A stretch of 64,000 bases of DNA from the NCBI RefSeq assembly GCF_009914755.1, contig NC_060925.1, one strand, 5' to 3'. Of this stretch, positions 1 to 16,914 are shown in pieces. A model generated the notes under the pieces. The model saw only the letters and a list, made by a program, of their open reading frames with translations. It was not told the DNA's origin and searched no databases. Source of the DNA: the human T2T-CHM13v2.0 reference genome, Homo sapiens. A program made the position numbers and the translations under genes. The first letter of the stretch is position 1, and every line of letters begins with the position of its first letter.

Positions 1-126
1 ACCTGTAATCCCAGCACTTTGGGAGGCCGAGGCAGGTGGATCACCTGAAGTCAGAAGTTCGAGGCCAGCCTGGCCAAACATGGTGAAATCCCATCTCTAC
101 TAAAAAAAAAAAAAATACAAAAATTA
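1..126 (+). mobile_element. Alu left arm (partial)
   Basis: Alu consensus match. Confidence 0.9.
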
Positions 127-173
127 CAATTCAAGATGAGATCTGGGTGGGGCTACAGAGCCAAACCATATCA
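123..173. mobile_element. Terminal fragment of a THE1/MST LTR
   Basis: attacaattcaagatgagatctgggtggggctacagagccaaaccatatca. Confidence 0.85.
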
Positions 174-224
174 CCTCACTTCTAATCATTCTGTAATGTA
201 GGTATGATACAAATACATATCTTT

Positions 225-645
225 TAAGGTTATTTTGATGATTAAATGGATTAGAACAGTGCCCAGCACCAGATAAATGTTACCCATTATTATTTTTGCA
301 TTTAATCTTCACCACAGCTCTTTGGAGTAGGTATTAACCAGGCCAAAAGTTAAGTAACTTGTCCAAAGTTACACAACTAGCAAGCGAAAATTCGCTTCAA
401 AGCCAGTATTTTTTACGACTATACCTTTACTTATGTCCATGAGTGGGTGGGGAAGGAGAGATTTGGATCTTCTGTCAAAGCCAATGATTTCTTACTAATT
501 GTGATCTTGTGAAAGTACTTTTCCACACCTCAGTTTCTTCTGTAGAATGAGCATAATACTCACATTGCAGATAATCTATAGAATAACTAATAAAAACAAA
601 CCTTGTAGTGTGCCTGTCAGAGGTACTCAATAAATGTTAGTTCCC
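225..645. mobile_element. MIR fragments
   Basis: gttaagtaacttgtccaaagttacacaactag; cctcagtttcttctgtagaatg; actcaataaatgttag. Confidence 0.6.
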
Positions 646-2794
646 TTTTCCCTTTGATAAAATCTGACCTCATGGAGATGGGAGAGAATAATCTTGCAAT
701 GAGAATAATTTTTACCTCTTGACTTATGCATTTTTCTACTTAAATTGGATGTCTGTCTAATGCTTATTATATATAAACATGTGTAATATAGCTGCACCTG
801 GTTTTGTCTAGTGTTGATCTTTGGATTTGATCCAGACTTATACTGTAACATTTTTATGCCTGAGTGTGAGTATTCTAAAGACCCATTTCACAGCAAGTCT
901 GGCTTCAGAGCTTTATTTCCGGTTGGGTAGAACACAGTCATGTGGTTGATGTCTCCATTGTTGCTTTTATCTTTTGCAGCAGATGTGAAAGTAAACATAC
1001 AAGGTTGAAAAACAGGAAGGGGTTTGAGTTGGGAGGGTGTTTTTGAAAGGGGAACTTGTACACAAGTGACCTGCAATCTGAAGTGTAGCTTTTAGCAGTT
1101 ACAGAAAGATATACCTTATTGTCTTAAAGTAAATAAAATAGCAAGTGATTTTGCAGTTTAATGAATTCGTGAATTTACATATATTTTTGCTTTTATACAT
1201 TTTGGAGAAGCGCATATTGTGTTCCTCTTTTTGATTGAAACAGAGAACTGATGAATTCACCCCAATTCTGGGTTCTTTTTACCTGTGAAAAAAAATTTTC
1301 AGTAAGGAAGCATGGAGTTTTTTGTTGTTCGTGTTGGGTATCTGTTCTAATATCATTATATTTGGACTTCCTCAAAAGCCAAAACATAAGACCGCATTTT
1401 TCTACTTGGCTCTATGGTCTTTGTTCCTAAGGAAGGGAATTAACACATACTGAATGCTAGCTATGTATCAGATACTACTCTCTGTGTATGCTAATTAATT
1501 TAAATATTTCTGTGTTTTACATCCAATCTACAAGGAGTTTTTATTGCTTTGATGAAATCCCTCCCTCCCCCTTCTTTCCTCTCATCTCTCCCTTTCTCCT
1601 TCTCCTCTTAAATGATTCTCTGGCTGAACAATTTTCTATTAATAGTATATTTGGGAGGCAGTATGATGTAACAGCGAGTAAGGATATGGGATTTGGAGTC
1701 AGACCTGGATTTACAGTAAGGTTTTGTTTTTGATAGGGAAAAACTGCTTTCTATCTCAATAAATAAAAGCCAGGGTCCCACAGAACTGGCTTTAGAAGGA
1801 GATTCTGCACATGGGGTGGAGTAATTGGAGCTCACAGCAAGGACTTTTGTTCCTGAAGATTCACTTTCCCCTGGGGAATCCCTTGCTGACCTCAGAGGTG
1901 CTGCTTTCTTTTAATTTTCTGCCCCAGAGGAGAGTCTTCTCTTAATACTCCTGCAGAACACAGCTGAGACCAGGCTGTAACATCTGGTATGTTACTAAAG
2001 GCTCAGAGATGAAAAAGGGAAATAAGTACAGAGTTACTATTATGCTTCTGTAATATCTGGCTCACGAGATAAAACACACACCTCTGTAATTTGTGGTATT
2101 CTATTGGGATACCTCCCTTACTTGACCCACAACACATATGTTTTCTAGTGGCAGAAGCCATCTTTATTTCTGCTACTTGGGAGTGCCTCCAGCATATCCA
2201 GATTTCTCTAAATACAGAGGAGAAGGTCCAGAGGGAAAAAAAAAATTCTTTATCTTACCAGCCTGTGGTTATATCTGATACAGGCCCCACTTCTTTCATG
2301 TGATCAACACCAGGTCTATATAACCCTTAGGGGAGACCACAGTTACCCACGGAATATCTAATTACCATTCACAGAAGAGAAACACAAACAGTACAGGGGT
2401 GTTGGGTTAGAGGTAGGGAGGCCTTCCTTTTACCATTTACCACAGATCATATAATCTCTGATTATAGCTCCACAACTTGGAACAAAATAGCTCTCAGTAA
2501 ATATTCCCTTGCGGTTCTTTTAAGCTTAATGCCATTTGATACCTGAGAAAACTACAGTTTAGTTTGTTGCAGTTTTATTTCTGAGAGTTTTGTTTGAGGA
2601 GATCTAGTACTTAATCAGGTCCAAAGTTAGGCTGAGGAAAGTGGTGATAAGGGTAGGTTGGTGTGATCAAGATAGAACACCTGGTGCCTAGAGCAGGCTG
2701 AGTTTAAATGTTAAAGGGGGTGTCCTTTGTAACATATAACATTAATTATAGAAGAACTAGGTTACTGATTCAAGGTCCTTGGGTTTGTTTCTAA

Positions 2795-3060
2795 GGAACA
2801 GTGCAATACAGTCAAAGATCTTTGGAATCATAAATGTGGTTTAGAATCCTGGCTCTGGTACTGACTGCTGTGTGTCTGTCTTTATGCAAGTTACACATTC
2901 TCCCTACTTCTCAGTTTCTTCATCTGTTAAATTTGTATAACATTTAACATGATATACCTCCCTTTTAGAACTGCCGAAATGATCAGAAATAATATGTAAT
3001 ATGCTTAACATAGTACCTGTCACATAATGTGCTCTTAATGAATGGGAACTAATTATTATT
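2795..3060 (+). mobile_element. MIR
   Basis: gaatcctggctct...ctcagtttcttcatctgtt. Confidence 0.7.
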
Positions 3061-3097
3061 TTAAATGATGTTCCTTTATAATCTCACTGGTACTTGA

Positions 3098-3446
<349 letters not shown>

Positions 3447-3457
3447 AATTTTTACTA

Positions 3458-4070
<613 letters not shown>

Positions 4071-4073
4071 TCC

Positions 4074-4708
4074 TTTTTTTTTTTTTTTTTTTTTAAAGAA
4101 ACAGAGTCTTACTCTGTTGCCCAGGCTGGAGTGCAGTGGCACCAACATAACTCACTGCAGCCTTGAACTCCTGGGCTCAAGTGATCCTACCGCCGCAGCC
4201 TTCTGAGTAGTTGGAATTACAGACACACACCACCACACCAGCTAATTAAAAAAAAAAAAATTTTTTTTTTTATAGAAACGGGGTCTTGTCATATTGCCCA
4301 GGCTGGTCTTGAACTCTTGGGCTCTAGACATTGTCCTTCCTCAGCCTCCCAAAGTGCTGGGATTACAGGCATGAACCACTACATCTGGCCCTGAACTGTG
4401 TGTGTGTGTGTTTTTTTTTTAATTTGAGACTGAGTCTCTCTCTGTTGCCTGGGCTGGAGTGCAGTGGCACGATCTTGACTCACTGCAACCTCCGCCTCCC
4501 AGGTTTAAGTGATCCTTCAGCCTCAGACCCCCTAGTAGCTGGGATTATAGGCACACACCACCATGCCTGGCTAATTTTTGTATTTTTAGTAGAGACGGGG
4601 TTTCACCATGTTGGCCAGGCTGGTCTCGAACTCCTGACCTCAGGTGATCCGCCCGCCTCAGCCTCCCAAAGTGCTGAGATTACAGGCGTGAGCCACCGCA
4701 CCTGGCCC
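4074..4708 (-). mobile_element. Two Alus: AluJ (4074-4390) and AluS (4410-4708)
   Basis: Alu consensus match. Confidence 0.9.
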
Positions 4709-5039
4709 ATTTCATCACCTTTTTTACCTGTAATTTTTCTCTGGCTGAATATGCTTTTAAGAAATAAAAGTTCTCAATAAAAATCCTGTGGTATATTGTA
4801 CCTTGTGATAAATAATACCCAAGATCCATGATGGGAAGGGAGATTTTTAAACATATCTTAAATACATGATACTGAAAGTATGAGGCAGACTAAATTATTC
4901 CATCAGTATTCAGAATACTTATCAACAGAGACTTTTTAGGAAAAAATACAAAATTATGAATACAAAACTAGGGATGAAAACAAATACCTATCTAGAATGA
5001 GAAAACCACAAGTTACATATTTTAAAAAGCTGAAAAATA

Positions 5040-5313
5040 GGCTGAGCATGGTGGCTCATGCTTGTAATCCCAGCACTTTGGGAGGCTGACGTAGGAGGAT
5101 AGCTTGAGCCCAGGAGTTTCATACTAGCCAGGGCAACATATGATACCACACCTCTACAAAAAATTTAAAAATTAATGGGACGTGGTGGCATGTACCTGTG
5201 GTCCCAGCTACTCGGGAGGCTGAGGTGGGAGGGTCACTTGAGCTTGGGAAGCTAAGGTGGTTCTAGCCTTGGCAACAGAGTAAGACTCTGTCATTAAAAA
5301 AAAAAAAAAAAAA
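5040..5313 (+). mobile_element. AluJ
   Basis: Consensus match; TSD gctgaaaaatag. Confidence 0.9.
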
Positions 5314-5428
5314 GGCTGAAAAATAGCACAAATATCACAAAATTTAGAAAAATAGCTTAACATTTTAATTAACTGATATGGTGTCATAGTTCATTTTTTT
5401 CTGTATTTTTGGCTTCATACTCCTCTAA

Positions 5429-5756
<328 letters not shown>

Positions 5757-6037
5757 AATGACTTTGTAATATTTTCAATAGAGACAGCACAAAGATAATT
5801 CAGTCTTCCTTTTAGCTTGGTGGCCTTGGCAGGGGCCAGTACAAATGAGGGCCCTGAGCTTAAGCTTATTTTAACAGTAAATCTACTTCTGCATAGTAAG
5901 TAATCTTAAGAGATGAACCAAGAGGTTGTAATATGCCTAGTCTATATTTTAAGCATTTATTGCAATTGTTTGGTTATTATAAGTTGCTTCATGTGAATCA
6001 TTTTCTTGGATTTAATGTTCAACTAGAAACTTGTAGT

Positions 6038-6463
<426 letters not shown>

Positions 6464-7189
6464 TAATTCATGTTATTGTTAATGTGGAGATGAAAAACAG
6501 GCCAAACTAGTTATATATTTTCAGTCTAAGATCTTTCTCCTCTGTTAAGTTTTAGACTAGATATTCTTGTTTTGTCAGGCTCTCAGTACATTTTCTCTTC
6601 CATGTCAACTCTAATTCTCTTCATCTCTTCTTTTGGTAGTGAAAATCAAGTAGAATATTAAAAGACCATATGCTCTGCAAATCACTTAGAAGCAAACTTG
6701 CTCTGTGATAGTATGGCCTTGATATCTGTCATTAATATTATTCGTTGTTTTATTTTTGGGGTAGCTTTCTGGAGGTCAAGGGTTTACAAGTAGAACAAAG
6801 AAATATGAGTAGTTAGTGACCGAAGAACTAAAGCTTTTTTCCAGGATTTTCTTGTTTTACAAAGACACGTATAGACATTTTGTTAGATTTTTAAATACCT
6901 CAGTTGACAATTTAAATGTTGAGAGCCCAATACTGTTAGTATTGTGAATATATTTGAGTTGAATATATTTGGTATATTTAGTTTGTATATTTAATTTTTT
7001 GAAAAAGTTTTGTCTTTATGTATTTTTTTCTTTAACATTTGAGCTTGAATCAATAAAGGGCAGCAACAGAAAAGCATTTTGGATCAAACATATTTGCCGT
7101 GTTCACTATATTTTGATGATAAATAGATGGCAACATTTGTCTTTGAGTCTGTCTTGTTCTGCTCAAAAAGCAGAAAAGATAGGAAGAGA

Positions 7190-7370
7190 GAAATAAGTAA
7201 GATTTACTGCACTTTGCTTAATATTCTTACAGCAATAACACACCTTAGCTGGTGGTATTTTCCTTTTATGAATCATAAAGTCAGACTGGGAGAGGTAACT
7301 TATCTAAGGTCATGAAGCTAGTAACTGAGGGTGCTAAGACTCAATGTTTAGCTGACTTCAAAACTGATGT
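7190..7370 (-). mobile_element. MIR
   Basis: gaggtaacttatctaaggtcatgaagctagtaa. Confidence 0.55.
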
Positions 7371-7429
7371 GCAGCACTGTGATTGGATTTGGAACTCTCT
7401 TCTATTGTGGTTAGGGTAGTGGTAAACTT

Positions 7430-8589
7430 TCATCCTATTCAGATTTTCACAAGTCATAATTTATTGTCACCTAGGATGACCAGGATTCAATCTAGGCTAT
7501 CACATTGCATTTAGTGGTTATGTCTTCCTTAGTCTCCTCCAATCTGTGATAGTATCTCCTTGCATTTCATAGCATTGATGCGTTCATAGAGTATCGGCCA
7601 GGTGTTTTACAAAATGCCAGTCGGGGTTTGTCTGATTTTTTTCCACGATTAGATAGTAGATTTTTGGGAAGAATACAGAGGTGATGTGTCCTCAGTATGT
7701 CATGTTGGGCAAAGCAAGACCTAGTCTAAAAAAACCACACACACGGTTTTAGATTTACAGATTTATTGTGAAGATAGTACAGAGTCCCTATATACCCCAC
7801 ACTGCAGTTTCCTCTATTATTAATATATTAGTATAGTATATTTTTAACATTAGTAAACTGATATTGATACATTATTGTTAACTAAAGTTCATATTTTATT
7901 CAGATTTCCTCAGGTTTTTTTCCTAATGTCTTTTTCCTGTTCCTGAATACCATCCAGGATACCACATTATGTCTAGTACTCATTTCTCCTTACAGTTTTC
8001 TTGGTTGTGATTGTTTCTCAGACTTGCTTTGTTTTTGATGATCTTGACAGTTTTGAGGGTTGTTGGTCAGATATTTGTAAGATTGCCTCAGTTGGGATTT
8101 GTGTGATGTTTTTGTCATTATTAGACTTGATAATGTGTTTTTGGGAGGAAGACCCAGAGAGGTAAAGTATCATTCTCATTACTTCCTATCAAGGGTACAT
8201 CCTATCAATATGACTTATCACTACTGATGTTGACCTTGGTCTTAAGGTAGTTTATCAGGTTTCTCTGCTGTAAAGATACTTTCCCCCCTTTTCCATACTG
8301 TACTCTTTAGATGAAAGTCACTATGCATAGCCCACACCTAAGGAGTGGAGAGTTGTACTCTACCTCCTTGAGGGCAAAATATCTACACAAATTATTTGTA
8401 ATTCTGCATCAGAGACTTTATTTTTCCTCATCTGTTCAATCATTTATATCAGTGTGGAGTCATACTGATATGGATATTTATTTTACACTTTGGGTTTTAA
8501 TCCAGTATTACTTCATTTATTTTGTTGCTCAAATTGTTCCAGCTTTGGCCATCAGGTGCTCTTTTGGTTGGCCTCTGGTTCTTTTGACA

Positions 8590-8644
<55 letters not shown>

Positions 8645-8784
8645 TTTAATACTTTCCTACTTTGTGGTACTACAAAATGCTCCAGGCTCATCTTGCATAT
8701 TTCCTGCCCGGCTCCTAGAATCAGTCATTTCTCCAAGGAGTCCCCATTCCTTTTATTGGATAATGGCATTAGAAACCAAGATCT
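7430..8784 (-). mobile_element. L1MC 3' UTR fragments
   Basis: cacattgcatttagtggttatgtc, gataccacatt, ttagaaaccaagatct motifs of L1MC. Confidence 0.7.
8592..8642. repeat. (TG)25 microsatellite
   Basis: Seen directly. Confidence 0.98.
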
Positions 8785-9372
8785 GGCCAGGCACGGTGAC
8801 TCAAACGCCTGTACTCCCAGCACTTTGGAAGGCTGAGGCAGAAGGATTGCTTGAGTCATGGACAACATAGTGAGGCCTTGTCCCTACAAAAAATGAACAG
8901 AACTAGCCAGGGGTGGTGGCGCATCCTTGTGGTCCCAGCTACTCAGGAGGCTGAGGGAGGATCGCTGGAGCTTGAGAGGTTGAGGCAGCTGTGAGCCATG
9001 TTCATGCCACTGTACTCTATCCTGGTTGACAAAGTGAGACCCTGTATCAAAAAAAGAAAAAGCATAAATAAATAAATCAAGATCTGGCCAGGTGAAGTGG
9101 CTTGCACCTGTAATCCAAGCACTTTGGGAGGATGAGGCAGGCTGATCACCTGAGCTCAGGAATTCGAGACCAGCATGACCAACATGGCGAAACGCTGTTT
9201 CTACACAAAAATACAAAAAAAGTTAGCCCGGTGCTGTGGTGCGCATGCCTGTAGCCAGCTACTCGGGAGTCTGAGGCACAAGAATTGCTTGAGCCTGAGA
9301 GGCAGAGGTTGCAGAGAGCCAAGATCACGCCATTTGCACTCCAGCCTGGGAGACAGAGCAACATCCTGTCTC

Positions 9373-9376
<4 letters not shown>
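8785..9376 (+). mobile_element. Tandem Alus: AluJ (8785-9076) and AluS (9086-9376)
   Basis: Consensus match; CAAGATCT at 8777, 9078 and 9440. Confidence 0.9.
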
Positions 9377-9425
<49 letters not shown>

Positions 9426-9440
9426 CCCCCCCCCCCCCCC
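9377..9440. repeat. (CA)23 + C18 compound microsatellite in place of an Alu tail
   Basis: Seen directly. Confidence 0.97.
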
Positions 9441-9598
9441 AAGATCTACGCACTAACTGCTTATAACTGCTTAGTTGATCTTCTTCCCTCTAGTCTTTTT
9501 CCTTTTGCCATATTCATTCCAGTTTATCTTGCCATACTCATCTTCTTCAAATAGAGCTTCCATCGAGTAGGTAATCTCTCTCCTTAAGAGTTACTGTA

Positions 9599-9894
9599 GG
9601 CCAGGCATGGTGGCTCACTTCTGTAATCTCAGCACTTTGAGAGGCTGAGGCAGGCAGACCATGCGGTCATGAGATCGAGACCATCCTGGCCAACATGGAG
9701 AAACCCCGTCTCTACTAAAAATACAAAAATTAGCTGGGCGTGGTGGCACATGCCTGTAATCCCAGCTACTCGGGAGGCTGAGGCAGGAGAATCGCTTGAA
9801 CCAGGGAATCAGAGGTTGGAGTCAGCCGAGACTGTGCCATTGCACTCCAGCCTGGTGACAGAGCGAGACTCTGTTTCAAAAAAAAAAAAAAAAA
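9599..9894 (+). mobile_element. AluS
   Basis: TSD agttactgtag. Confidence 0.9.
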
Positions 9895-11349
9895 GTTACT
9901 GTAGTTTATTATTGCTTATCTGATCAAATATCCTTAGCCTAGCTTCCTTTGCCTCACCTAGTATACTTCTCATTATTAAAGGTTTGTCTCTCATATCCTT
10001 CTTACGCTGTTCTAACCTTGGCATGATTTATTTGCCCTTTCTTCTCTGGCCTTCCAAGTCTAATTCCCACTTTCTTCATTCTTATCTTAGGGTGCTCTAG
10101 CTTTTTGCATTTATTAGACTTGTATGTTTTTTGTACTTGGTAATTAATAGTCAAAATTAGAAGCACAATCTAAAACTTCAGAAGGGACTTCAGAAGTCAT
10201 TTGGCCTATTTCTTCAGTTAGAGATAAGAAAACTGTGGCCCCAAGATGTGGAGTGACTTGACTAAGTGATGGCAAAGACGGAGCTGGATCTTTGGCTTTC
10301 TCTCACTTTGTACAGTGTTTTCACATATGCAGCTGCTTCATGCCCTATCCCCTAACTTGTATCCTAAAAAAAAATTGAGATATAATTTACATATAAAATT
10401 TACCATTTTCAAATGTACAATTCAGTGGTCTTTTAGTATATTCATCATTACCACTATTTCAGTCCAGAACATTTTCATTACTCCAAGAAACCCCTTACAT
10501 GTTAGCAGTTACATTTCCCCATCCCCCCAGACTCTGGCAATCACCATTCTTTCTGTTTGTATGGATTTGCTTATTCTGAACATTTCACATAAATGGAATC
10601 ACATAATATGTGGTCTTTTATGTCTGGCTTCATTCACTTAGCATGTTTCCAAGGTTCATCCATGTGGTAGCATGTATCAGTACTTCATTCCTTTGTATGG
10701 CTGAATAATATTCCACTGTAGTATCACACAAAAATATTCTATTGTATATCACATTTTGTTTATCCCTTCATCAGTTGCTGGATATTGTGTTGTTTGTGCT
10801 TTTTGGCTATTATAAATAATGCTGGCTATGAACATTCATAAACAAGTTTTTATTTGAATATGTGTTTTTGGTTTTTGTGGATATGTAACTAGGAGTAGAA
10901 TTGCTGGATCATATGTAATTCTATGTTTAACTTTTTGAGAACTGCCACATGGTTTTTCACAGTGACTGCACCATTTTACATTCCTAAAGGCAGTGCATAA
11001 GGGTACCAATGTCTCTGCATCCTTACTAACACTTGTTTTCCTTTGTAAAAAAAAATTATAGCTATCCTAAAGGGTGTGAAATGGTACCTCATAGGGGTTT
11101 TGAATTGCATTTCCGTAATGACTAATGATGTTGAACACCTTTTCATGTGCTATTGGCCATTTGTGTATCTTCTCTTGTGAAATGTCTGTTCAAGTACTTT
11201 GCTCATTTACATTGTGTTATTTGTCTTTGAATTGTGAGAGTACTTTATGCATTCCATAGACTAAACCTTTATCAGGCATATAATTTGCAAATTTCTCCTG
11301 TTGTTTAGGCTGTATTTCCACTTTTCTGACGCATTTTAAAGCACAAAAG

Positions 11350-11654
11350 TTTTTATTTATTTATTTTTTTTTGAGGCAGAGTCTCGCTCTTGTCGCCCAG
11401 GCTGGAGTGCAATGGCGCGATCTAGGCTTACTGCAACCTCTGCCTCACAGGCTCAAGTGATTCTCCTGCCTCATCCTCCCAAGTAGATGGGATGACAGGC
11501 ATGGGCCACCATGCTCGGCTAATTTTTGTGTTTTTAGTAGAGATGGAGTTTCACCATGTTGGCCAGGCTGGTCTTTAACTCCTGACCTCGTGATCTGCCC
11601 GCCTTGGCCTCCCAAAGTCCTGGGATTACAGGCGTGAGCCACCGCGCCTGGCCA
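11350..11654 (-). mobile_element. AluS within L1
   Basis: Alu consensus match. Confidence 0.9.
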
Positions 11655-12496
11655 TAAGTTTTGAATTTTGAAGTCCAATTTATAAAAAAATTTTTGGTTG
11701 TTTTTGGTATCATATGTAAGAAATCATTGCCTAAATCAAAATCATGGAAATTTACGTCTTATCTTTTCTTCTAGGAATTTTATGTTAGCTCTTACATTCA
11801 TATCTTTGATCCATTTCAAATTAAATTTTTTATATGAGGTGAGACAGGGGTCTGTCTGGATTCACTCACTTGCAGGTAGATGTCCAGTTGTCCCAGCATT
11901 ATATGTTGAAAGGACTTTCCTTTCCTCCATTGAATTGTCTTGGCACCCTTGTTGCAACCAACTGGATATAGATGTATGAGTTTATTTCTGGACTCTCAGT
12001 TCCATTCCGTTGATCTACGTGTTTATCCTTATGCTGGTACCACATTGTCTTGATTACTGTAGGTTTGTGGTAAGCTTTGAAATTGGTAAGTGTGAGTCCT
12101 CTAACTGTGGTCTTATTTTTCAACATTGTTTTGGCTGTTCTGGCTATCCCTTGTATTTCCATATGAATTTTAGCATCAGTTTTGTCCATTTTTGTGGAAA
12201 AGGTAGTTGGGATTTTGATGTCTACTGCACTGAATCTGTAGATTAATTTGGGAATATTGCCATCTTAACAACGTGAAGTCTTCTAATCTATGAACATGGG
12301 ATTTTTTCCGCTTATTTAGGTCTTCCTTAATTTCTTTTATTGATGGGTTATAGTTTTCAATGCAAATCTTGTATGTACTTTGTTTGTTAAATTTATTCCC
12401 AAGTATTTCATTATTTTGCATGCTAAATGGAATTTTTTAAGTTATAATTTTCAGATTATTTATTGCAAATATATAGAAATACAGTTGATTTTTGAA

Positions 12497-12760
12497 TTTT
12501 TTTTTTTTTTTTGACACAGTATCTGGCTGCGTCATCCAGGCTGGAGTGCAGTAGTGCGATTTTTGCTCACTGCAACCTCTGCTTCCCAGGCTCAAGCAAA
12601 CCTCCCACCTCAGCCTCCTGAGTAGCTGGGACCATAGGCATATGTCACCACGCCTGGCTAATTTTAAAATTTTTCTGAGAGACTAGGTTTCGCCATGTTG
12701 CCCAGGCTGGTCTCAAACTCCTGGGCTCAAGTGCTAGGATTACAGGCATGAGCCACCATA
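12497..12760 (-). mobile_element. AluJ within L1, with internal deletion
   Basis: Consensus match; TSD tgatttttgaat. Confidence 0.85.
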
Positions 12761-13151
12761 ACTGTCCTGATTTTTGAATGTTGATCTTGTATCCTGCAAC
12801 CTTGGTTAACTTGCTTGTTAGAACTAGTAGTTTTTTTTGTGTGGATTCCTTAGAATTTTCTATTTACAAGATTATGTCATCTGCAAATAGGGATAGTTTT
12901 ATTTTTTCTTTCCAATCTGGATACTTTTTAAAAATTTCTTTTCTAGGCCTAATTGTCCTGGCTAGAATAGCCAGTGCAATGTTGAATAGAAGTGGTAAGA
13001 GTAGACATTCTAGTCTTATTCCTGACATTAGGATAAAAACCTTCAGCCTTGCTCTGTATGTTGTTACAGGATGTATTGATGCTAGCTGTGGATTTTTTTT
13101 AGATACTTTTTATCAGGTTGAGGAAATTCCTTTCTATTACTAGTTTGTTAA

Positions 13152-13704
<553 letters not shown>

Positions 13705-13759
13705 TCAAGTGCTTTTTAAAGATCTTAATATTTTTCTTATGTTTTTGAATCAGAATGCC

Positions 13760-14060
13760 CTAGTATCAGTTATCTATTGCTACACAATCACCTCAAAACT
13801 TAATGATCTAAAATAATAGCTATTTTATTTTCTGTGATTCTGTGAATCAGGATTTTGGACAGGGCTCTGTGAAAATGGCTTATTTCTGATCCATGTGATA
13901 GAAACTAGGGCAGCTTATCAATTTCATGTGGCGTAAGTTAACAGTGGGTGGGCTGGAGCTGGAGGATCCAGTATGGCCTTGCTTTGATGTCTGGTGCCTC
14001 AACTTGGATGCTTCAGTCATCTGGGGGCTGGCTTGAGAAGGCTGGTCCTCATTCATGACT
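13760..14060. mobile_element. MLT1-type MaLR LTR fragment
   Basis: tatcagttatctattgct...caaaacttaatgatctaaaataa...gattctgtgaatcagga start motif. Confidence 0.65.
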
Positions 14061-14303
14061 GTAACACTTGATAGGAGGAGTTGTTGGTAGCCAGCTTTGT
14101 AGCCAAACTACCAGAGCTCTTAAACAAATCGTACATCAGGGAGAAAGCTTAAATCTTGATTTTAAATGACTGTTTTGGGCATTACTTTCAGAATAATTAT
14201 TAGAAGTGCCTTGATTAAACTTAGATAACTAACGTTAAAATATACGAAATCAGATAGTAAAGTGTTTCTTGGGAAATGGTTGAAGTAACCAGTTTTGATA
14301 TTA

Positions 14304-14645
<342 letters not shown>

Positions 14646-15057
14646 TCAAGTCTGTTGGGGAAACTGTTCTAGACTGGTTGCAATTATATTTAATTTTGAG
14701 GTGAGTTATCCTAGTCCTAAGTAGGGAAACAAAAACATCCAGAGTTTGGATGTATGTTGTGTGACCAAAAGAAAATGTTTACAATCGTCTGACATGTTAT
14801 ATGCCAGGAAATATGCATTAGGATATCCATTGTGTTGCTTGATAAGAAAACGAAAGCACTGACATTTACTTTTCTTACTGGGAACTTTTCATGTCTGAAA
14901 GTCTTGATCACCTATTTATTACCTTGAGGTATAGGGTATGGAAAGCACATTAAAAAAATCAGTAGATGGTGAATTTGGTTTTCAGAACATATTTCACAGT
15001 ATTAAACAGAATATCACATTATCATCACATTTAATGTGAAGTTAAATAATGAAGAAG

Positions 15058-15457
<400 letters not shown>

Positions 15458-15575
15458 TTACTGAGTCATAAGAAATATTTGTCAAATGTTACCTAAGCTG
15501 TAGTACTGATTTATTAACAGATAGTTTTTCTGTAAAGAAAATCCACATAAATAAGTGATTTAAAATGCTTTCTCA

Positions 15576-15883
<308 letters not shown>

Positions 15884-16051
15884 ACCTTTCTCCCTGACTT
15901 TACAAATTTTAGAAAATTTGTAGAGTTGTAGAAAATTTGAACGATAAAGTATAAAGACCAAAACTAAAAATTACCCGTAATCCTATTAATGCTAATACTA
16001 TAAATATTTTGATGTTCCTTCTTTCTTTTCATAAATTTTTTATTTGGAAAA

Positions 16052-16914
16052 GTACAGAGATAACAAAAACCAAAATGTTTTTCCTATTTTCACATAGTCA
16101 TCACAGCACTTTTGACACCAGATGTGTGGCGTGGTTTTTCCCACACACTAACCAAGCAATTCTCCAAAGGATAGCAGCTGGGTGTCCTATATAATTCACT
16201 TCAATTCTGACACTATCTACCTGGAGATAGCATCAGATCCCACAGGTTGAGGGCTCAGTCCCACAAGACTGTCTCTCATATCAGATGCTATTCACAAGAC
16301 CCAGGTTGTGACCTGTGCTTCTGACCAACTGGCTCCAAATTGGGGTTCCCACAACCCCCTCTTTGGGTTCAATCAGTTTGCTAGAGGGGCTCACAGAACT
16401 CAGGGAAACACTTTAATTATGTTTACCCATTTGTTAGAAAGAATATTACAGAGAATACAGATGAAAAGCAAAGTTGAAGAAATGCATAGGGCAAGGTATG
16501 GGGGAAAGGACATGGAGCTACCTTGCCCTCTCTGGGCACACCAACCTCCACGATCTTACATGTGTTCAGCAATCCAGAAACTTTCTGAACCAGTCCTTTT
16601 GATTTTTCATGGAGGCTTCATTATGTCCTGATTGATTACATCATGGGACATGGGTGATCAGCTCAACCTAAAGCTCCTTTACCCTCCCTGGAGATTGTGT
16701 GGTGGTGGTGGCACTGAAAGTTCTAACCCTCTAATCACATGGTTGGTTCCCCTGGCAACCAGCCCCCATCCTAAGGCTATCCTGGAACCCCAGCCATCAC
16801 TCAATTCATTAGTATTCACAGAGACCCTTAGCACTTTGGAGATTCCAAGGGTTTTAGGAAGTATGTGCCAGGACCAGAGACCAAATATATATTTCTTACT
16901 GTATCACAATATCA
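16052..16914. mobile_element. MER21-type LTR
   Basis: aattctgacactatctacctggagatagcatcagatcccacaggttgagggctcagtcccacaagactg core typical of MER21. Confidence 0.8.
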
